A DNA stretch of 64,000 nucleotides. Origin: Clostridia bacterium (GTDB lineage Bacteria; Bacillota; Clostridia; Christensenellales; Borkfalkiaceae). The position numbers and the translations under genes are program-made. Below the pieces are notes generated by a model, which saw only the letters and a list, made by a program, of their open reading frames with translations, did no database searches and was not told where the DNA came from. The stretch is taken from assembly GCA_017625565.1 (NCBI GenBank), contig JAGAKN010000015.1:6005-70004 (forward strand), in the 5' to 3' direction. Below are positions 58,487 to 64,000 of this stretch, piece by piece. The first letter of the stretch is position 1. Each line of letters begins with the position of its first letter.

Positions 58487-59929
58487 ATGGAATTGATGAA
58501 TATATTGGAAACACAAATCCCTATTTTTGGTGAAACCTACGGCGTATCGTTAAACTGGATCGGTAATTTGATTCGGTTGTTGATTTCCGGCGTCGGTGTT
58601 GTCGGCGTGGGGATTATTCTCTTCTCGCTTGTATTAAAACTCATTGTTTTGCCCTTCGACGTATTCCAAAGAATTTCGATGCGAAAGCAAAACAATAAGA
58701 TGAAAGAACAAAAAGAGAAAATGGAACGCTTGCAAAAGCAGTACGCCAACAATAAGGAAATGTATAACCAAAAGGTTATGGAAATGTACAAAGAAAACGG
58801 GTTTTCGATGTGTTCTTCCTGTTTGCCGATGATTATCTCGCTTGTCATCTTTATCGTGGCGATTAACGCGTTCAACGCGTTCTCGCAATATTCTAACGTG
58901 CAAAACTATAACACGATGGTAGAAGCGTATAACGCGGAATTAAAATCCTATTGCGCGGAAATTAACGAAGAAAATCTTTCTTGGGATAATGAAACCGTGC
59001 TTGTTAAGGACGATGACGGCGAAAATAAATTTATCTATTTTAAGACGGAATATAAAGACGACTACGCCGGAATGACGAAAGCGGAAATCGCGCAGAATAT
59101 CGTAAACGCGAAAAAGACGTACTTCGTCGACGTAGAAAAGTCGCTCGCGAATGCAGAGATTCTTGCCTACGTAGAACAGGCGGTTGCGTCTTCTCAACAA
59201 ACGGCAGAACCGATGGATAAAAATACCGCGGTGTACTTGTATTTTGTAGAAAAGGGTCAAGACGCGGTTGTAAAAGCATACCAAACGACGGTAAAGGACA
59301 AAACGGAATTCCTTTGGATCAAGAACGTATGGTCGACGGATGCGCACTATAAGCACCCTGTTTTGAGTTATTCCAAGTTCGCATCGGAAGCGAAACAAGA
59401 AAAGTTCAAAGTAGACGGTAAAAAAGTAAAATACAGCGCGATCGGCGAAAAAACGGGTACGGACGTGTACACCGAAACAACGTATAATTTGGTGACGGCG
59501 AAACTCGGCGAACAAAAGAAACAAGCAAACGGGTATTATATTCTCGTCGTGCTTTCGATCGGTACGATTTTGTTGCAACAATTCGTATCTATGCGCTCGC
59601 AAAAAGACCAACAAAAATTTGCGTCGGTAGACGGACAAGGCGCAGGGCAACAAAAGATTATGATGGTCATCATGACGGGTATGTTTGCAATCTTCTCGTT
59701 CATGTATAGCGCGGCGTTCTCCATCTACATGATCACGAGCAACCTATTCTCATTGCTCTCCACCATAGTCATCAATAAATGCGTGGATATGAGCGCGAAA
59801 AGAAAAGAAGCGCGCGCTACGGAAGCGAAGTTGGATAACCGCCATATCGCGCGTGTGGAAGCGGCAAAAAACGCAGGCAAGAACTCTGCGCAAAAAAGCC
59901 AAAACAAAAAATCCAACAAAAAGAAATAA
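58487..59929 (+). CDS. yidC: YidC/Oxa1-family membrane insertase with an enlarged extracytoplasmic loop
   Basis: Start at the ATG 58487 (AAAGGAAAA RBS). TM1, coiled-coil and TM2 pattern, then an insert of about 220 aa before the remaining TM segments, and a basic C-terminal tail. Confidence 0.85.
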   Translation: MELMNILETQIPIFGETYGVSLNWIGNLIRLLISGVGVVGVGIILFSLVLKLIVLPFDVFQRISMRKQNNKMKEQKEKMERLQKQYANNKEMYNQKVMEMYKENGFSMCSSCLPMIISLVIFIVAINAFNAFSQYSNVQNYNTMVEAYNAELKSYCAEINEENLSWDNETVLVKDDDGENKFIYFKTEYKDDYAGMTKAEIAQNIVNAKKTYFVDVEKSLANAEILAYVEQAVASSQQTAEPMDKNTAVYLYFVEKGQDAVVKAYQTTVKDKTEFLWIKNVWSTDAHYKHPVLSYSKFASEAKQEKFKVDGKKVKYSAIGEKTGTDVYTETTYNLVTAKLGEQKKQANGYYILVVLSIGTILLQQFVSMRSQKDQQKFASVDGQGAGQQKIMMVIMTGMFAIFSFMYSAAFSIYMITSNLFSLLSTIVINKCVDMSAKRKEARATEAKLDNRHIARVEAAKNAGKNSAQKSQNKKSNKKK

Positions 59930-59992
59930 GAAACAGTAGAAATCGTTCCAAACAAACCAAGAAAAACGTTCGGGACAAGGAGTTATAGAGAA

Positions 59993-60895
59993 ATGGAATA
60001 TAGGGAATTTACCGGGAAAACGGTAGAAGAAGCGATAGGCAAAGGGTTGGAAGAACTCGGTCTTACCGCGGAAAACGCGGACGTGCGCGTTTTAGAAGAA
60101 GGAAAAAAGAAATTATTCGGTTCGGTAAAAGCTCGCGTAGAAATTGCACCGAAAGACGGCGTGACGGTAAAACCGAGCTCTGCGCAAACGGTAGCGAATA
60201 AAACGGACGGCGAACGCACGGTAGAGTTCTTGGAAGGCTTGTTTAAGCTCTTGAACATTACCGCTTGCACGGAATTGGTCGCCGAAGGCGAAAAGGTAGA
60301 AATCAACGTGACGGCGGCGAATACGAACTCGGTTATCGGCAAACGCGGAGTGATGCTCGACGCAATCCAAACGCTTGCCGGCGCAGTTGCGAACACGGGT
60401 AGGGAAGAATATAAGCGCGTTGTCGTCGATTGTGAAAATTACCGCGAAAACCGAGAAGCGACGCTTACCAAGCTTGCGGATAATTTGGCGCAAAAAGCGA
60501 CGAGATTGGGTAAAAAGATCAAGCTTGAACCGATGAACCCGTACGAAAGACGGATTATTCACTCCGCGCTTGCGGAAAGAAGCGACGTTTCGACGCAAAG
60601 CGAAGGGAAAGAACCCAACCGGTATTTGGTAATCATTCCCGAAAACTTGGAAGATCCGTCCGCACCTGCAATCCCAGCGAGAAACGAAAGAAACGATAGA
60701 CGTAGCCGTGGGAATTTTAACCGTGACAGACGTGAACGTAGTGGTCGCGGTGGTTTTAACAAGAAACCGTTTGATCGTAATAGACGTCGCGAAGCCCCGA
60801 GATCCAGCGGATCGGGTGGTGGAACGAGCTTGAAAGCATCCAACGATTTCTTCGGCATTTTCCTTGGCAACAGTGGAAACGACGAAAACAAGTAA
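59993..60895 (+). CDS. jag: Jag/KhpB (Jag_N, KH, R3H) RNA-binding protein with an Arg/Gly-rich C-terminal extension
   Basis: 300 aa. N-terminus MEYREFTGKTVEEAI, R3H motif ERRIIHSAL, tail RNERNDRRSRGNFNRDRRERSGRGGFN... Confidence 0.85.
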   Translation: MEYREFTGKTVEEAIGKGLEELGLTAENADVRVLEEGKKKLFGSVKARVEIAPKDGVTVKPSSAQTVANKTDGERTVEFLEGLFKLLNITACTELVAEGEKVEINVTAANTNSVIGKRGVMLDAIQTLAGAVANTGREEYKRVVVDCENYRENREATLTKLADNLAQKATRLGKKIKLEPMNPYERRIIHSALAERSDVSTQSEGKEPNRYLVIIPENLEDPSAPAIPARNERNDRRSRGNFNRDRRERSGRGGFNKKPFDRNRRREAPRSSGSGGGTSLKASNDFFGIFLGNSGNDENK

Positions 60896-60905
60896 AATAA
60901 AAAGC

Positions 60906-60943
60906 ACGCCCCCTTTGCGGAAAACCGCAAAGGGGGCGTTTTT
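60906..60943 (+). terminator. Strong rho-independent terminator after jag
   Basis: Perfect 15-bp stem ACGCCCCCTTTGCGG / CCGCAAAGGGGGCGT with an AAAA loop and a T-run. Confidence 0.9.
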
Positions 60944-61045
60944 CAGTAAAAACAAGGTTGTGTTTTCGATTGTTAGATTTGCTTAGGCGCTCGCGTTGAC
61001 GGGTAGGTAATCCCGTCACGGCGATAGGAAAGAGAGAAAACTCGA

Positions 61046-61579
61046 TTAAGTGTTTTTATGATCCATCGATTTCATTTGTCGACGCAAAAGGAAATACAAC
61101 GGCGTACCTAACCCGTACACCCAAACAGACTGCGTAAGCAATAGGCAGGTTGCGTAAAAGAAGTACGCTGTCCACGCGCTATCCTTTCCGCTGAGATCCC
61201 CACACAAAAAGACGATAATCAACGGGATCATCAAGGCGTTAAATAACACGGGAAATATTCCGCCGAGCGTCAAGCGCACGCCGTCCTTTTTGAACACTCT
61301 GCCAACGGCATACGTACATAAGCCTGCAACGAGCGTCGTCAACGAGCCGAGTAAAACGTCGTAGAGCAAAAACGGCGACGACAGGTTGGAGATCATACAC
61401 CCGATCCAAAGAGCGGGTACGGCTTCTATAAAGAAAAGCGGTAAAATGCAAAGCGCCTCTGCGGGACGGATTTGTAAAGGTCCGAAAGCAAAGGGCGCGA
61501 ACGCGTAGGTAAGCACTACGTAAAGGGCAGCAAAAATTCCTGCGCGACAAAGACGTTTGGTCAATAAAACGTTTTTCAT
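61046..61579 (-). CDS. queT: QueT-family queuosine-precursor transporter
   Basis: 177 aa, about 5-6 TM segments. AALYVVLT...FGPLQIRPAEAL motif typical of QueT. Preceded by a preQ1-type aptamer. Confidence 0.8.
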   Translation of the reverse strand: MKNVLLTKRLCRAGIFAALYVVLTYAFAPFAFGPLQIRPAEALCILPLFFIEAVPALWIGCMISNLSSPFLLYDVLLGSLTTLVAGLCTYAVGRVFKKDGVRLTLGGIFPVLFNALMIPLIIVFLCGDLSGKDSAWTAYFFYATCLLLTQSVWVYGLGTPLYFLLRRQMKSMDHKNT

Positions 61580-61587
61580 TTGTAATA

Positions 61588-61630
61588 CCTCGGTTTTTTT
61601 ATCAGGAAGTGTTTTCCGAAAACCTTCCTA
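61588..61630 (-). ncRNA. preQ1-I riboswitch (translational; SD sequestered in P2)
   Basis: Minus strand reads GGAAG-GUUUUCGGAAAACA-CUUCC-UGAUAAAAAAACCGAGG. There is a 5-bp P1, the loop UCGG pairs with CCGA in the tail (P2), the tail is A-rich, and GAGG is the SD 9 nt from the AUG. It matches the layout of the B. subtilis queC aptamer. Confidence 0.75.
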
Positions 61631-61638
61631 CGACGGAT

Positions 61639-61667
61639 AGTATACCACGTTCCTTTTTGTAAGTCAA
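61639..61667 (-). promoter_or_regulatory. Sigma-A-type promoter for the riboswitch-queT transcript
   Basis: Minus strand TTGACT, 17 nt spacer, TATACT. Confidence 0.65.
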
Positions 61668-61677
61668 GCGAAATTCG

Positions 61678-62301
61678 TTATTTTGCCATACGCTTTTTTC
61701 CGCAACGTTCCCATAACAGGTTGGCAATCGCGTCGGAAATGATTTCGGACATCGTATACACGAGATTTAACCGAGTGGTGTTGAGTAATCCGTAATTTGC
61801 TACCGATTTTTCCGCGACAACACCCATAATCGAAATATCCCCGAACGAGCCCAACTTCTTATTCGCGCCTGCCCCAGGGCGTAAGGGTGTATCGTTTATT
61901 TTAATCAATCCGATATCCCCACTCTCTCCAACGGCGGCGTCGATGGCAATCACGGGGCTATCCTTATGCGTTTCCTTTAAAAACGTGCGCATATAACGGA
62001 TTTCTTTCGCCGTGATCGGCGCGGAAAGCGTTCCGTACAAAAATACGCGCAACCCCTGCGTTTTATAGCGCAACATCGATCCCGTAATCGGCCCGACGCA
62101 ATCTCCGATCGCAAGATCGCTCCCCACGCAGACAATCACGGGCGTTGGTGCGTCTTGTAGCCCGTTTTCCACCGTTAACTGCGTACCTGCCCTGCCTTTT
62201 TCTCCCTTTTTCCCTTGCGAAACTTTGCGCAAAAGCGCATCCGTCGCCATAGACATTCCGTCTGATGCGAACTTGTTATAAATATGAAAAGAGTACTCCA
62301 T
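61678..62301 (-). CDS. yyaC: YyaC-like putative sporulation protease (DUF1256)
   Basis: VCVGSDLAIGDCVGPITG and IAIDAAVG motifs. Start taken at the ATG 62301; the ORF track starts at the GTG 62325. Confidence 0.75.
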   Translation of the reverse strand: MEYSFHIYNKFASDGMSMATDALLRKVSQGKKGEKGRAGTQLTVENGLQDAPTPVIVCVGSDLAIGDCVGPITGSMLRYKTQGLRVFLYGTLSAPITAKEIRYMRTFLKETHKDSPVIAIDAAVGESGDIGLIKINDTPLRPGAGANKKLGSFGDISIMGVVAEKSVANYGLLNTTRLNLVYTMSEIISDAIANLLWERCGKKRMAK

Positions 62302-62406
62302 TTTCAAAACCCCATATAAACTCACGAAAAAGTATAGCCAAAGCAGGCGTTTTTTAAACGGGATCGCAGGAATAGAAAAGAAAAAATAAAAAAATTCTCT
62401 TTTAGG

Positions 62407-62435
62407 TTGAAAAAACGCGTCTTTTGTGGTATAAT
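62407..62435 (+). promoter_or_regulatory. Sigma-A-type promoter for the cvpA-like gene
   Basis: TTGAAA, 17 nt spacer, TATAAT with a TGG extension. Confidence 0.65.
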
Positions 62436-62462
62436 AATAGAACGGAGCAAAAAGGAGCGCTT

Positions 62463-63185
62463 ATGACGAACGGCATTTTGCAAAATTTATGCGCAATTCA
62501 ATGGTCGCGATACGTCTTTGACGTCATCGTGGTGCTTTGTTTGCTAGGATTTATGATTGTTTCCGCGCGTAAAGGTTTTGTGGAATGTTTTTTCGGGTTT
62601 GCGTCTACGCTTATCGCGCTATTCGTCGCCGTTGCCTTTGCGAAAGCGTTTTTAAATATGACGGGCGGATTGTTCGGTTTGCAGAAATTTTTTGACGGAA
62701 AGTTTACCAAATTCTTCTCCAAGATTTCCGGGTTTGACGTGGATATTTCCCAAGTAGGCTTAGAAACGGCGTTAGAGAGCCAAGACGTATCCGCGTTGCT
62801 AGGAAAACTTGCGCTGAAAACCTTCGGGAAAGGGGAGCTTGCGCCGGGCACGACGCTTGGAATGGTGCTCGGTACGACGGTTGCTAAATTGACGGCAACG
62901 CTTGTTTCGGCGATCCTGCTTTTTATTGTAGCAAAACTCTTGCTCGGCTTGGCGAAAGCCGTGCTCCGCGCGGTGGTTATGCGTTTGCGATTATTGGACG
63001 CGGTAGACACCTTACTCGGTGCGGTGGTTGGGATTGCGGAATGTTTACTGCTCGTTTGTTTCGTAATGTCGGTGCTTACGATCATTCCGTCGCAAACCGT
63101 CGTAGCGTATTTGGAAAACGGCTTGCTAGTCGGTTGGCTTTACCGCAATAATTTAATCGTATATTTGCTCGGATTATTGTTGTAA
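62463..63185 (+). CDS. cvpA: CvpA-family (colicin V production) membrane protein
   Basis: Start at the ATG 62463 (AAAGGAG RBS). N-terminus DVIVVLCLLGFMIVSARKGF typical of CvpA, 4-5 TM segments. Confidence 0.8.
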   Translation: MTNGILQNLCAIQWSRYVFDVIVVLCLLGFMIVSARKGFVECFFGFASTLIALFVAVAFAKAFLNMTGGLFGLQKFFDGKFTKFFSKISGFDVDISQVGLETALESQDVSALLGKLALKTFGKGELAPGTTLGMVLGTTVAKLTATLVSAILLFIVAKLLLGLAKAVLRAVVMRLRLLDAVDTLLGAVVGIAECLLLVCFVMSVLTIIPSQTVVAYLENGLLVGWLYRNNLIVYLLGLLL

Positions 63186-63194
63186 ACCTTTCTA

Positions 63195-63666
63195 CTATCC
63201 ACAGAAAAAAACGTTATCCACAATGAAAAAAGAAGAAAAAAGTTCCCCCGAAAACGGCTTGTAGGATCTTGTCGCGCGGGGGATTTTTTTGTCGAAAAAT
63301 AAAATTATAAATCGTATGCAAAAGCAAAAAAAGTCGGTTATCCACAAAAATGTGGAGAAAAAAAGGTTGTCCACCCAACAAATTTCAAAAATGTGGATAA
63401 TTAGCCCTGTCAATGTGCAAGCAGGGGCTGTTTTAAAACGGGTATTTTATTAAAACTCCTTGAAAACAAAGGGAAAGAGATGTGGATAACTACTCCACAA
63501 ACGCGCGCAAATAAAGAAAAGAAGATAAAAAAAACTTGTGGATAAAAAACAGGGAGAGAGAAAAAAGTGGATAAATTTGCAAAAACGTCGCAAAAAAAGT
63601 GAAAAAATATGCGCAATTATCCACAAACGTTTGTTCTTTTCCACAAGTCGAAAAAAGTTTTCCACA
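63195..63666. repeat. Dense DnaA-box cluster (13 boxes, 6 perfect)
   Basis: - Perfect TTATCCACA/TGTGGATAA at 63214, 63338, 63392, 63481, 63537 and 63617.
- One mismatch at 63195, 63351, 63566, 63637 and 63658.
- Two mismatches at 63367 and 63491. Confidence 0.9.
63244..63290 (+). terminator. Candidate terminator after cvpA
   Basis: 7-bp stem TCCCCCG / CGGGGGA with a 26-nt loop, followed by T7. Confidence 0.45.
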
Positions 63667-63732
63667 AATATGCATTGCAGTATATTTGCATACGGGGTAA
63701 AATTATGCAAAAAACAGGTGCTGGAATGGTCC

Positions 63733-64000
63733 TTATCGGACGCTTTCAAAACGCACGTTTACGTTGGCGATTGTGCGTGCGAGAATGGTGTCTTGATAGC
63801 TACGCAATCGACGGTTTTTATATTTGACTAACCGTTCCCGAATGCGGAACACGTCGCAACCGCAAGCGCGGGTTTTTTCGAAAACGTGATGGATTTCGCC
63901 CGAGAGTTTCTTTTCCGCGGAAGAAAAAAATTCCTTAGAAATGTTGCCCGCGTCCGAAAGCGAATCCAAGGATTGTGCCGTGGAATAGTCGAGAACCCCC
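63733..64000 (-). CDS. 3' end of an unidentified CDS that enters from beyond the window
   Basis: The frame is open from 64000 to the stop at 63733 (...FRIRERLVKYKNRRLRSYQDTILARTIANVNVRFESVR). I do not recognise a family, and it is not DnaA-like. Confidence 0.4.
   Translation of the reverse strand, partial: GVLDYSTAQSLDSLSDAGNISKEFFSSAEKKLSGEIHHVFEKTRACGCDVFRIRERLVKYKNRRLRSYQDTILARTIANVNVRFESVR

Noticed and set aside
63290-63296. Perfect Spo0A box (TGTCGAA) inside the DnaA-box cluster, plus AGTCGAA at 63646-63652
   Set aside because: A single 7-mer is expected by chance about once per 8 kb, so it cannot be distinguished from chance here. I note it only because Spo0A boxes overlap oriC in B. 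subtilis.
63733-64000. Right-edge ORF as a possible dnaA
   Set aside because: It is on the minus strand and its 3' end faces the box cluster. Its C-terminal sequence has none of the DnaA domain IV helix-turn-helix signature.

Overview
This 64 kb window is a chromosomal, origin-proximal segment of a low/mid-GC spore-forming Firmicute (Clostridia-like: spoIVFA/spoIVFB, yyaC and yaaT are present). It is densely packed with housekeeping genes, and I found no rRNA, tRNA, CRISPR array, transposase, integrase or prophage genes. From left to right it carries:
- mreB-like (partial), maf, ppx
- two half-size TauE/TSUP genes and a 1186-aa surface protein
- rsmF-like, a DEDDh exonuclease, serS, a P-type ATPase
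- gyrA, gyrB, dus, an EamA transporter, rpmA, rplU
- holB, yaaT, engB, lon
- a Wzz/BY-kinase pair, a DeoR regulator, a MATE transporter, rng
- spoIVFB/spoIVFA-like, a Cas4-like Fe-S nuclease, an NCS2 permease, a tandem-OB SSB-like protein, a polysaccharide deacetylase
- an Lrp regulator plus aminotransferase, greA, lysS, a YaaO-like decarboxylase, tmk, an AraC regulator
- gap, rqcH, tig-clpP-clpX, a DUF1273/SLOG gene
- rsmG, dnaN, rpmH, rnpA, yidD, yidC, jag, queT (behind a preQ1-I riboswitch), yyaC, cvpA

The most unusual signal is the replication-origin architecture. Two separate DnaA-box regions lie about 7.7 kb apart.
- The first (55.2-55.5 kb) contains a complete DnaA-box / GC-cluster / DnaA-trio / AT-rich unwinding module.
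- The second (63.2-63.7 kb) holds 13 boxes, 6 of them perfect, in an intergenic region between convergent genes.
- No dnaA gene lies between or beside them. dnaN is preceded by rsmG and followed co-directionally by rpmH-rnpA-yidD-yidC-jag.
- The first region sits in a lower-GC stretch with different codon usage.

Other points worth a second look:
- consensus promoters placed 6 nt from an ATG (leaderless candidates)
- an L27 propeptide with no adjacent prp gene
- terminator-like hairpins in the greA leader
- a double-anchored giant surface protein
- a tandem-OB SSB-like protein

I did not find a clear multi-gene defence or other novel system. All calls come from reading the sequence and the ORF translations; no database searches were run.
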